Shown: positions 24,222-36,682 of the stretch, in pieces
How the letters are laid out: each line of letters starts with the position of its first letter
Numbering within the stretch: the stretch's first letter is position 1
From: Hyphochytrium catenoides
Taxonomy: Eukaryota > Protista > Hyphochytriomycota
Direction of reading: 5' to 3'
Length of the DNA: 64,000 bases
Assembly: GCA_900088475.1 (NCBI GenBank)
Contig: FLMG01000540.1
Location: forward strand, 1-64,000
Made by a program: the position numbers and the translations under genes
Notes under the pieces: model-generated
Databases searched by the model: none
What the model was told of the DNA's origin: nothing
The model's input: only the letters and a program-made list of their open reading frames with translations

Positions 24222-25905
24222 TGCTTCCTTTTCGAGCTGTTCTTCTCTTTTGGTGAGCTATGCATATGGAGAAAGAAGAAAGAGACAGAATCAGAGTCAG
24301 ACCTCGAAGGCATTGGTGGCACCAGAGACGGGGAGGTCGACTTGGGACTGCCAATACTTTGAATGAAGGAAAGAAAATACTCACCTCCCCATTCTCTCCT
24401 CCATCTTCATCATCGCCTCTTCCAGACCTTCTGGATACCTTGTGTACTGCTGAGTGGAGGATCACGGATGTCACGGCAATGGACAGGGCCGATATGGTCG
24501 CTGTTACGGCTAACCCCGTAATGGTATTGCCCTGGTAGCCTATTGTTCCCTCTTTCGCTGGATGTATGCCATTTCTGGCATTGGCTATGGTACTAAAGAC
24601 GCTCTGCACCAAGGCGGATGCGGAATCCGACCAGCTGCCACCCATGTCGTGAAGACCTTACACAAGCTTTGGCTGTCGCCGTGTCCAAGTGTGGGTTCAG
24701 TTTGGCGAAGAATACCTTGGGCACCTTGGGCTCTTCCGCCTTTCGTCCATTCTGACTGACTGACCAAAGGCAGCTCAGCAAGAAGAACTACTAAGTATCA
24801 CTTGACCTCCAGCAGCGGGCACCGTAGTAATGGAGGAGACGATGGAGCATTGAGGACCTACTGCCTCCAAAAAGCCTGAATCACTGGATGGTATCATATA
24901 CTGTTATCAGCTCTGTAAGCCCTGGCCTGGTTCCTAGTTGACATTCAGCTTCCGCTTATCCCGGTGGCCATACTGCGGCCAAGGAGTCAGAGCGAGCGAG
25001 CCAAGCGAGAGGGCAGCCACTGGACATCTGAGGGCCGGGAAGTTGCACTTGTGCGCTTCTCTTGAGGTCCAGGCCATAACGGACCGCAGATCTGATCTTC
25101 TGAACTCATGTCGAGGTGTTATTGAGTTATCGGGAATCGATTATCCATGTCTCTCTAACTCTGGGTGTGCTCAAGTACCAAGTACAGTTAGAGTGTATGA
25201 ATAGTTAATAATTTTTCACCACACAAATGACCTTATTTGACACTGTTATTGTCAACATTAGGGTAACTTTGTCCCTGAGACGGTAGACAGGCAACATTTT
25301 GCCAGCTCACTCCTCTCTTGGCCGTATTGTTGACAGATCCGTGACAACTGGAGTGGATATTCATTATTTCACTGTGAATATTGTCGCTATCCCTTGTGGT
25401 GACCACAGAGGTCCAAGGCTTCCAGTTGACAGAAAAGATTATCGATTCGTCCTTCCTTCCCCTCCTCTCTCTCGCCTACGAGCATTATCTTGGATATCTG
25501 ACCCAGAGCTTCTCTGTGTGAAGTTAGAGGCAGGCAGAAAGCACTGCCAAGAGCGCAGGTGTGGATGCTGATCCAAACTCTGCTGCGCGCGAGGAGGCAT
25601 CCAGGCAACATAGGGGCAGCAGAGAGAAGGCATCGTCGGTGCTGAGACCAGAAGCTAGAAGAAAGGGCCATACTGGACGGCGGATAGGATCCAAACTGCA
25701 CGCTGCAGAATGTATGATGCTTGTTTGTCAAGCTGCTGTCGCTACCTCCTCACACCCGCTCATGCCATTCATCTTCTTCACTGCCCCTTCGCTTGCCGCT
25801 CTTTAATCGGTTCCTGATCATCTGATTTGTCCGTTCGGACCTTCAGCAGCTACCATCTAGAGGCGGGAGGATTGCCAAAACGGTCCGCTAGGTACCTGCT
25901 AAATC

Positions 25906-28900
25906 ATGGTGAGTCTGTGGCGCAGGAGCAGGATTGCTAGCTCAACTGATATCGCTCCTTTATGAAATCGCAGGATGCGAGAGAAGAGGATGTCTCGGAT
26001 TCAGAAGCCAGGGGAAGGGAGAAGTTTGCAAAGGTATGGAGCTTTAAAGTCACTGCTACCTCCAGACTCTTACGGCAACTGCTATCGAATACGGCTGGTA
26101 CTCACTAGGAGAGAACTGATGGCGAGCCAGAGGAGAGAAGGTATGAGTTAGCTTTCGAGCCGCTCCATTGCTATGATCCCTTAAGTAGTTCTTCACAGAA
26201 GTCGCAGTAGAGATCGAGGGGGAAGCCCAGGAGACAGGGACGGACGAAGCCCTTCTCGGGACGATAGGATGGATAGAGGTCAAGGGGCGCGAGGAGACCG
26301 CGACCGCGAACGCTTTCATGGTCGAGACCGCTTTCGGCGGCGGGGCGACAGCTTCAGTGAGCGGCACGATCGAGGAGGAGGCGGCCGGTGGAATGGAAGA
26401 GGAAGAGGGCGCTTCCCTAGGGACTCCAGAGACCGGGACTTTCGAAGAAGAGGACCGGACTTCCGCGGTCCCCGAGACTATCCTGGCTCACGTTTTGATG
26501 ACCGCCGAAATGACTTCCATGGAGGTCCAGACCGCGGCCGAGGCAGAGACTTTAAAGATTCTGATAGGCCGGAACCTACATCTCACGTCCGCCGTATGGA
26601 ACCTATGGAGACATATAAGCAGTTTATGATGAGGCAAGACGACTCAAACTCTCCTGAAGTGTATCAGAAGCGCTATGAGGAATATAGAAAGCGATACATG
26701 CAGAGGTTAGCAGAGGCTTTCTTCGCAGACCACAAAGATGAGGAATGGCTCCGCCAACGCTATTCTCCTCTCATACACAAGGAATATCAGCTGGATTTAA
26801 CCAAAAGATCAGCCATGCAAGCTAAGGTTATGAAGGAGAAGGTAGGTCTGCGTGCCCATAGAGGAAGGAAAGAGAATGCCAAGAAGAGTAGGGTCGAGGA
26901 CGATTGCTTGGATGCTCTGGTGCTACATGTATCAAAAGTCTATAATCTAGCTGCAGGCAGGCTCTTCTGCGAGCTCTATCTGGCCACTCTTGAATGAACA
27001 AGGTGCTTATGTTGCTCTTCCAGATACTCTCAGGCGAGTTCCAGCCCTGCTTGGACGACCCTGAAACAACAAAACCTCTAGAAGGAAAACCAAGGGAAAG
27101 CGGCAAGGGAAGCTATGCCCTGGATGATGATACAACGCTGCTCTACATCAAGAGAGTGCCATGCTCATGTCCTGAAGCGCCTCTGCGATCTGCTGTTGGC
27201 GAGGTAAGTGCCCTCTATGAAAGCAGAAAGGGAAGATACGGACAGACTCAGATGCTTTTTTCACCTTGCAGTTCCATTCTCACCTCCACTTTACTCTTCA
27301 TGTGCTATAGCAGTTGTCATGTGTTTCCTGTGGTCAGTTCATTGGACCTGGCCGTGCCTTATCAGTCACAGCTTTAGTCCAAAGACGAACTTTCAGGCTA
27401 TCTTCGTCTGCATAGTACTGACATCCAGTCTTGTCTAATGTAGGGAGGCCCGTACCGTGACTTGTTCCTCTCAGATCCGGCCAAGAAGGCCCACCATGAC
27501 TTCGAGCGTAGTGGGTGGATCGTCTATAATACGAAGGAGGAAGCTGAGGAAGCCATGAAGGCGGTCAACAATCAGTTTATCAAAGATGTTCCTGTGCCAT
27601 TTAGGCTTCAGGTAGAAGTGCCTCTAATAATCTTGACCACGGCCAGGATGTCGACATGTCTTAGATTTCCCTGTGTTCGCTATTGCTACTTTTGGAAGAA
27701 GTCCAAACCCCGCATGTGTTCGCTACGTCCTACAGTCTTCTGAGCTGATTACTCTGTGCTGGCCCCCAGGTTTACCAGCATCGCTACCGAGCCCCAATCC
27801 TGACTCCGTCGTTCATGTCCCTTCCAACCCGAGTCCAATGGGACCTGGAGCAAGCCACCGCACTTGCTGAGGCCCTAGATGTCTATAGGTTCACAGTGGA
27901 GGGTTTGCAACTTCCGGATGGAGAAGAGGAGGATATCTGTAAAACATACGGGATCAGGGCTCTGCTAGAGTCGGCTGAGGTAGGCATCTCTTTCCCCTTT
28001 GCTAGTTGCTTTTAGGAAACCCTTTTAGCTGGGGGCGATGTTCGCCAGTCTAGGCTTGTCGGTATAACCCCATTACATTCTACGTCCATCGCTATGGGTG
28101 AAGTCCCCTTCGATACCCTATCATATCTGCCTTTCGTGGTCGGCTCATGCTCATAAGCGTATCGTCCTTGATCCGTCATTTTGACGTAAAGTTTATTCCA
28201 ATGTCCACGTGCTGCGTTCTCATTCCCTTCCCGACGCTGCTCAGCAGGTCCAGGAGAGATTTCCAGAGGAGAAGGACAAGCTAGACATAGTGATTACGTA
28301 CCTTCGCCTCGTCCATCATTTCGTGTACTATCATGGCACTAAGTGCCTAGACATGGGGGACCTGCTCCATACACAGCCAGCCTTATTTAAGAGGAGGCAT
28401 TTCACACAGAGGGACCAGGAGGAGGATGACACAAGGAAGAAAGCCGTCGAAGAAGGAGAAAAGGTTTGTGGCCCTCGTACGTTAGGGAAGGGCTGGCTTG
28501 GAACCATTGATAGGACTATGATGGAGCTGTTAGAAGATTACTTATGAGGAGCTCAGAAGCAGTGGTGAAGAAAGAATATAGGAAAATATTAAGTGCATTG
28601 CTCGCAATGGTAGGTTGACAGATGGCCTCAATGGGCTGTGAACCTGGACGATAAGATAAAGGCAGCAATGGAGCAGTTCAGCCTTGAGAAGCGGCAGAAG
28701 AAGGATGAATTGGATGCAAAAGTAGTTGCAGAGATCGAAGAGAAGAAGCAGGAGGTAAAGTGACCCGAACCCAGCTCTTCTTCAATAAGCTCAGCTACAT
28801 TTCCATTCTGGTCTTGAAGTCTCTAGCTGTCCATCGTCCACCAAATCTTTTCTACTTACGTGTGCTGACTGTGATTTAATTACGTAGGCCGAGCGACGAC

Positions 28901-30249
28901 TTTACAAGCTTAAAATTGTTCCTGATGACGAAGCCGGTCCCGGAGATGAGAAGAGACGATGCGCCATCTGTTCCAAGCTTTTCAAGGCGGCTTCATTTGT
29001 GGAAAAGCACATTGCCAACAAGCACAATGATGTCATCTTACAGGAGCATGCCAAGGTTCCCTTCTTTCCTTAAAGTTCTATTATACGTTCTCTTATGCGG
29101 TTGACTTCGTATGTGGCTTCTTGGCACCAAAGATATTCTGCCAGTATAGTCTGGTCTGTCCGTTCGAGCCCGTCCGCTACTTGCGTTATGCTCAGATGAT
29201 TTACAAAGGCTACTGCCCCTTTGGGGTCCTGGCTCTTGGCGCTTCCTCTTGTCCTTCATACACAACCCAGCTTTCGTTCTTACACGGTTCTGTAAGCGTC
29301 TCCCTGTCCCTGACGCGTTCACCACTTCTCCCCCTGTCCCTAACGCGTTCACCAATTCTTCCGCGGTCCCCAACGCGTCCACCACTTCTCGCCACACATG
29401 TCCACTGAAATTATTCTCTCAAGGCTGCGGAGATGTACATGCACGACAGATATCGGGAGGATGAGCAGCGTCCAATGCCCGAGACCCAGAGTAACGCTGG
29501 AATGCCCGTCATAGGGTTCCCGCATGGGAATGACATGGATAGGCATGCCGGGCCTCCTCCCCCAGGAGGTAAATGAGCACCTTTCTCTCTATCATCTTAG
29601 TGCTATAGCTCAGACATTTCCTCATAAGTTGGTTCGGCTCATTTCGCCTTTGGTGTAGCCTTGCTGCCGCTCCCAGGCCCTCCATTCGGTATGCCAATGC
29701 CTCCGCCTCCTATGATGGCCCCGCCAATGCTTCCACCTCCTCCTCCTCCCGCTGCTATGGGTGGAGGAGGTTTCTTTGGAGGTCGGGGTAGAGGGAGAGG
29801 AAGAGGGAGAGGAGGAAGAGGATTCTTTCCCCGTCCCCCTCCAGAGAACATGCCGGTGAGTTTTGTCGTATACTCTGCGAAGTAGAGGAGAAGCAAGCTA
29901 TCATGAGCTCTTGGGAACGGAGACGCGGTAGCTCTTCTGCCTTATGGGCAGCCAAGCGTGATAAACGAGTTAACAGAGACGGGGCAGCGGAAACATAAAG
30001 TATTTAGGAAGAAGTGCGACTATATCTCTGACGGTGTTGACTTGCCAGGTGGATCCTCGTGCTGGTCGCGTGACGTCCTATGTCGATGTGGATAACATGC
30101 AGGACAAGAAGGTTGAGCTAGACTTCAGCGGCATATCTTCTTTGCTGCCTCCGAAAAAGAAGGCTAGAGTATCTCAAGAGGAAGGGGGAGATGGGCAGGA
30201 GGGTCCAGGACCTGCGGAAGATGCTCCTGCTGGAGGAGAGGAGAGCTAA
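25906..30249 (+). CDS. SRRT: SERRATE / Ars2 (arsenite-resistance protein 2) RNA-processing factor
   Basis: ATG-only first exon (25906-25908) and an R/D/G-rich N-terminus. Then YKQFMMRQDD...YQKRYEEYRKRY...FFADHKDEEWLRQRYSP, an RRM-like segment (FERSGWIVY), KLDIVITYLRLVHHFVYY, a C2H2 finger CAICSKLFKAASFVEKHIANKH, a Pro/RGG tract and C-terminal DPRAGRVTSYVDVD. Confidence 0.93.
29303..29392. repeat. Three diverged 30-bp tandem copies inside an SRRT intron
   Basis: GTCCCTGACGCGTTCACCACTTCT / GTCCCTAACGCGTTCACCAATTCT / GTCCCCAACGCGTCCACCACTTCT at 30-nt spacing. Confidence 0.85.
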
Positions 30250-30463
30250 GTGAAAGCCGCTGCAGGCAGCAGAGGGTGTGACTTTTCTCTCTGGTACCTC
30301 TCTATCTTACTTCTCCATCTGCAGTGTGCTAGTTATGCTTTGTGAGGCTTGGACATTACATCCTATGAATAAAGTGACCTCTGATTCTCTAACAAATACT
30401 TCGCGAGGGTACTGGTAATGGGACTGCACTATTAACCCTCCGGGAGGAACCTGGAGAGATTAT

Positions 30464-33400
30464 TTACTCATCTTCAGATTCTGCGCCAGAGAATGATTCG
30501 TCTGACTCTTCATCTGAGATGTCTTCTTCCTCCTCACTCTCATCTTTCTTCTTTGATGGTTTTTTAGATGACTTCGCTTTCTTACTACTGGTCGATGCTT
30601 TGGCTGTGGATCGCTTCGAGAAAGACTTTCCTGTCTTCTCCGTCTCAGACTTCTGTCCTTCTTTAGACTTAGCTTCCCACTCCTAAAATTTGCGAGAGAT
30701 TGAACCGCAGAGAGAAAAGACGGCAATACGTCAGATGTGAGCAGTAAGAGTGAGCGTATGGAGTTGTAACCTTCTTCTCCTCGGCGGTGAGCTCCTGCCA
30801 CATTCTTCCGGTCTCCCTTGTCATGTCAATAAGACTCATGTTGGGGTTCTTCTCTTTCAATTCGGCGCGCTTCTCATTCGCAAAGAACATGTAGGGCGTT
30901 AAGGGTTTCTTTGAACCTCCCGTGGACTCCTTCTCCTTGCTCTTCTTGGTCGCCTTCGGAGTGCTTCCTTCTGTTGAAAGCATGGGCGTAAGTTAGTCGC
31001 TTCCTAGAGGTTGGTCGGGCGTATGAACGCTTAGAAGTCCCCTTCCAATACGCTACAGGACAGAAGAGGCCCTCTGTCACTGTCTGTACTTCTCTCTTCA
31101 TCACCTCGCTATCTTGACATCGTCTTGCTATTCTAACACCATCTCACTATTTTAACAGCCTTGGCCGTTAATAGATGCCTCTTCTCCATATAGCTCAAAG
31201 CATACGATGCGTAAGAGCGTATCTGCTATCCATAGAGGGACTCACAACCTACCAGCGGTACCATCGTAGTCCTCCATCTCTCTTTGATAGCGCTTCTTAT
31301 CCTCGTTAGCCTTTTCTTGGTATTTCTATAGAACAGTTTAGTCTCTCCAGGCACAATTTTATGCAATTTGCGCAGCCAAGCTCACCTTCTTTTCACTTGG
31401 GTCCAGCTCTCCCCACATCTTCCCCAGCTTCTTGCCAACTTCCCCGAAGGTGAGTCCCGGATCAGCCTTCACCACCTCTGGCCTATTCTCCTGACTGAAA
31501 AGCATGAAGGCCGTTGTAGCTTTCTTTGGAGCTGATGGGTCCTTCTTTGACCTCTGCCACAGAGAGTATCAGTATAAAACCATCGAGGTACAAGGTGCAC
31601 TACGATACCTTCTTTGTCTTTTTCTCGCCATCTTCCTCGTCCTTGGCACGCTTCCTCTTCTTCTCTGGCTTCTCCTTCTTTTTTGATTTCTTATCCTCTT
31701 CTCGCTCGCTCTCTTCAGAAAAATCTGCATCGCCCGCGTTAATAACAGCCGATAACAATGACAAGATGAAGTCAGAGTACACTTGATCCGAAGATTCCGC
31801 CCTAAAGAAGAATGACACAATAATTTTGATAATTAGCACGTACCGCTGTCCTCTTCATCCTCATCGGATTCTTCCTCGCCATCATCTCCTGCAAAGTCCG
31901 AATCACTCTCATCGTCTTCGTCCTCTTCTGCGTCTCCCATCGCTTCCAGTGTAGCCTTGTATGGGTCATGCCGATAGTCTGTTGGTTTTGTGTCCTCGTC
32001 ACCATCCTAAGCGGGAAGCACCATCAGACATATAGTCAATGTGAGGCTGGCTTTGAAGCTGAATGAGAAGGCAAGGAATGTTACAGGAATGTAATGACAG
32101 CGATATAGTTCTATCAGCAAAGAAGTGAGGTGCAATGAGCGCGTCTTCAGGAGGTCAATCGGACAGAGGAGCCCACAAAGGGAAAAGGTGTGTTCTTTAC
32201 CAACGACTCCTTGAGATTCTTGATTCTAATGCTTTTCTTGGTGGAAAAGAAGTCGATGAGCGGCTGGTACTCCTTACGATCGATAGCCGAGAATGAATAT
32301 TCTCTCCCCGTTTCCCCTGCTACTGTCTTGCATTGTATATGAAGATCAAAGTTCCGACTGCTTGTTCCGCTAGAGAAGAAGGGAGATATCTTTAGCAAAG
32401 ACCTTGCTGAACAGATAAAGAGACACATCTACCTGCTCTGTCCCGAATATCTCTGAAACTCCACGTAATCTATGTCCTGCGGTCAAGTAACGACGTCAGG
32501 CGGGAGAAGAGCCGCTTATTTTTTCTTTTGAGTTGGGCTTACCTCGAACTTTATGAAGGTAGTCGGCTTATGGATAAAGAGAAAGCTCTTCTCGAGCGGA
32601 TATAAGAAACCCTCACTAGCCTTCAGCGCGCACTTCACAGCACTCTCGCCATTGGAGGTTCGAAAGTTCCCTAACATAACCCACCTTCAGTGCAAAGGAT
32701 GAGCGCGACTCAAGATTAATTGCCTTAGACATACCAGGTACGAAAACCTTCTTCCCCGAAAGCGCTTTGAACACCTTGGCGACAACATCAGGGAGCTGTC
32801 CTACCATCTGTTCGCACCAGATCTCAGCCACCACACTGCGAACGTGGCTTATCACCGACTGTTGCTTACCGTCGCGGAGAGCATTCCATCATACTTCTCC
32901 TTCAGAACATCCTCAGGAAGGTTCACTGGCAGCTCTATTTCATCTCTAACCAGCTGCATGACAAGGTGTTGATAGACTTGCTTACCCTAAAGAAGCAACG
33001 TAGGTGAGAAAGATACTTGCTACTATTGCCTCTATTCTTGGGACTCTCACCTGGCGAATAGGATCCTCCAAACTGATGACAAACGCAACATGATATTTAT
33101 CCGGCTTGGCGAGAAGGAAGAGACGACTGATAGAATGGTAAAGGATCTTGTAGTCGTATGTCTTTCCGTGCATTCGAAAGAAGTTCGAATACATCTCGAT
33201 GGCATAGCGTCCTCTTGGAGTAAGGAACGTTCCAATATCTTCTTCCAACTCGACAATACTCTGTCCCACCTCTTTCCTTATATCTGCGCTGTTGAGAATG
33301 AGCTGAGGACAGCAGGATCGCTTAGAACCGCGGATAGCAAATAGAGTTTGAAGGAACACAGCTACGCAGAGGACATAGATAAGGTGTCGGAAAGAAACTT

Positions 33401-34230
33401 CCAGTCCCACAAAAGTGGTAATATAAAGATAAGCACCTGCTGGAATTTCTCTGCGTTTGTGGTCTCCTCTTCTCCTGGCGGAAGGTATACTCGCATCTCA
33501 ACCAATGTGTCATCCTGACGAACTTGTTTAGAACCACATGTCCATTACGAGCCCAGCTAGTTCCTTATCCTTACATCTCTATCCGCAGAATCGTCCTCGT
33601 GAAACTGGATCTCGACTTCGTTTCCAGTATTGCCTGGCAATACACACTGGGAGACTGCAGCAAGTGGTACTTCTATAGCAGTCTTTTCATCCACCGTGAA
33701 GGCAAGGTTATTCCCTAATACCAAGAGACGAGGTCAGAGAGCAGCAGAACTGTAGATATCTTCCTTCCTAGGTACCTTTGACATCAAAGTCTCCCCAGTT
33801 ATAACCTGCCGTGGAAGGCTCTACGACCTCTAGCTTCCGATCGAAGTGTTTGGAGAACATATCGGAGAACAGCTTGTAGTCCTAAGGATAGCTTCGGTAA
33901 ATAAGAAGCGCAGAGAGCTAAAACAAGTTACGTACATCCTTTTTGAAGCCATCAAACCGGAAAACCTCTCCCTCCTTGGTGAGAACTCTTAGATACGCCT
34001 CCTTCTTCAGATTTGACCATGAAGCAGCAGTGATGTCCTCCTTGCCAATCTGCAATCCGAGTGAGTGCATGATCGCTAAACAAGACAAGACATGGTCATC
34101 TGCAAATCACCTTCTTGTCCGTATCCGTAAAGACGCTCTTCCATCGCAAGCCACCCGAGGACAACGAGAACACGCCCTCGCTCCTGCCCAGGTAAATCTT
34201 GGGATACTGCTGCACTTCACCTTCCTCCAT
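30464..34230 (-). CDS. SSRP1: FACT complex subunit SSRP1/Pob3 with two HMG boxes
   Basis: AGINWGDFD, FLTPRGRYAIEMY...RMHGKTYDYKILY, ISLEDPIRQG, EGFLYPLEKSFLFIHKP, SRNFDL, YSFSAIDRKEY, an acidic tract, then HMG boxes DPSAPKKATTAFMLFSQENR...LGKMWGEL and KKPLTPYMFFANEKR...TGRMWQEL. Confidence 0.95.
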
Positions 34231-34664
34231 TTTATGACGAACCTGGTATGGATAGAGGTTCCAGTTTTCTTAACCTGCAATGACCAGAAAGGAAGCTCGA
34301 CAGCTGAAGATGGAAAGGCAACTCCAGATAGAAAGCTTCAAACGACAAGCTTTCTTCCAGAGATCTGCGTGAAGTGTGAAGTGGCTGTGTGGCCCAAGAA
34401 TCAGACAAAGATCATCCGCATTAGCAACAAATCATTGGGACTAGCAAGAAGCTGCTGCAAGGATGGCGCGGTGTGGAAAGATGGAAAGGCTTTTGGCGCG
34501 CAAAAACTCGCGGTTCCTGTGTCACAGCAGTTCCGAATCTCATCAGTAATAAACAGCAACTCGAAGCTAACATTTCGAATAAGAGTAAAATGTCTATAGA
34601 GGGAAGAGTTGCTAATGCAAAGAAGGTACTTATGACTAATGTGGCCCTTTAGAAAGCATCTGTT

Positions 34665-34736
34665 GCCCGTATAGCTCAGTGGTAGAGCATTAGCTTCGTA
34701 AGCTACAGGTCGTGAGTTCGATCCTCACTGGGGGCA
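34665..34736 (+). tRNA. tRNA-Thr(CGT), copy 1
   Basis: 72-nt cloverleaf: box A TAGCTCAGTGGTAGAGC, anticodon arm TAGC-TTCGTAA-GCTA, T arm GTGAG-TTCGATC-CTCAC; a T5 Pol III terminator follows at about 34741. Confidence 0.95.
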
Positions 34737-35820
34737 AACATTTTTGACCATCATGAATAGAACTGCAGCCACTGACCAACAACGACACTTTGTGCACTCC
34801 AGAATATTCCTTTGCTTCGTTTTCTACTACAGTACTCCGAGTACAACACATTATGAAGATTTGCTGCTTCGTAGTTCTATGAGGAGAAAAACAAACGCTC
34901 CGAGTTTTACCGGGAAGGGAAACCGGAAGGTGTCAACAAGACAAGCTTTGGGTCCACAGCCTAGAGTCACAACTGACTTGCTGCTGGTTGCTTCGCTCCT
35001 ATTCAATCATCGAACGACGACTGCTGCCTGCCAACACGAAGGTATATGAAATTGACTATAAATATTATTGCTGCCTCTCTCCTGTTTGCTCCTTTTTGCT
35101 GTTGGATGATCACGTGCACAATCCAGAAGAGGGGAATAAATAATAGGTCAAAACACGAAAAGACAAACAACGAGGGAAGATCGATGGAAAGTACTAGCCT
35201 ACTAATTACATTAAGATAAGGATGTGACCTGCATGTATTTTCCACTTTCCAACCTCCCCTCCGTCCATAGTAGAAGGTTCGATGCTAATGATGGAGCACT
35301 AACAATAGAGGAGAATGATGGTCCATTAAATAAATATAATACGATACAAGGAATGCTGCCACCCCTTGTGATCCGAACCCGAAGCAGGAGAGAATCATGA
35401 TACGGCCACGACTACAGAAGAAGAGCAATCCATTATGTCGGTAGTAGGGCTGTCTTCTCGCAAAAACGAAATAAAGGTGATAACGACGTCTCTATGATGG
35501 TTGCTTTTGCTCGTGGCTTCAGTGCAGCAGCACTAAGAACGGCATATATCATCCCCCTTAAACCTCGTTTTGTTCCATCCGTTGCCGCCATCCTATAACT
35601 AAATCGATACTTGAGCTACATTGTGATACCACGGCGCCTTCTTTCTCGATACGCATTATCATAGTGCTTTCTTCGGGAGTCCTGACATCACCACGATGCC
35701 GATCATCATCATCATCAAATCAATCAACATCTGTACCTTGTACAAGAAAAAAGAGTATGTTATTGCTCTATCATGTTCGCGGAGTTATGAATCAAAGCCG
35801 GTTGATGGGAAGTAGTTTCT

Positions 35821-35892
35821 GCCCGTATAGCTCAGTGGTAGAGCATTAGCTTCGTAAGCTACAGGTCGTGAGTTCGATCCTCACTGGGGGCA
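35821..35892 (+). tRNA. tRNA-Thr(CGT), copy 2
   Basis: Identical in sequence to 34665-34736; followed by a T6 terminator. Confidence 0.95.
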
Positions 35893-36682
35893 AGCTTTTT
35901 TGCAAATCCACCAAATGTTGTCCTAATATGGTCGTGCGTGGGTTCCTAGCCACAGGTCAAGCGGTTCAACAAGGGTCCTGGTTTCTTCCCAGGCTCGACC
36001 CAACCCAAAATAGTCGAATATCGCCTCCAGAACTCCTCCAGGAACAGAGCTCAGTTGAAAGGATCTATGAGACAAAAGAGAAAGAAAGCCAGAATCCAGG
36101 GAGGGAAGTTCCCGTCTTTTCCCTCTTTCCCATGCTCTTCCTACCTTCCTCCTTTCTCTCCGTCACCACAACCCCTCTCTTTAACTCTTCTCTGTCTCGC
36201 TCCCTTTCGTATCTCCGTCTTGCTCGTCTTCCCAACGTTATGCCCTGTTCTCTCTCTCCAGCACGGCGTCCTATGTCCTTCCCTCCGCTGTGCCCAACAG
36301 AGTCCACATTGGAGATTGGACACCTAAGATACAGCGGCCTCTCTTCTTGGGCTTACTTCGTGATCTCCCTCCCAACGCCAGAGACCTTTCTTTATTAGAT
36401 TCTGTGCTCTGTGTATCATCATCACTTCTGTGACATGGGTCATGGGTCCGGCCAGTCAGATGGATGAGATGATGAGCGATTATGACGGCACCGCTACGCC
36501 CGTCCATGAAGAAGAGCAACTACTACCATGCTGGACGAGGTGAGCTCGTTTGGGCTTCAGGCTTCCACGACTACTTTTAGTGAGCCGGTACCACGAGGGC
36601 GCCACAGTGTAATTGTTACATATCAACACGTGGCTGTGTAGTTTCAGCGAGATTCTCTCTTCCTCTGCGGTTATTCATCACC

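Noticed and set aside
24199-25731. Possible extra small membrane-protein gene or 5' exons of the IQ gene
   Set aside because: I could not build a consistent splice model or recognise a motif.
34740-35820. Possible snoRNA or other ncRNA between the two tRNAs
   Set aside because: No convincing C/D box pair with a terminal stem or rRNA complementarity was found by eye.
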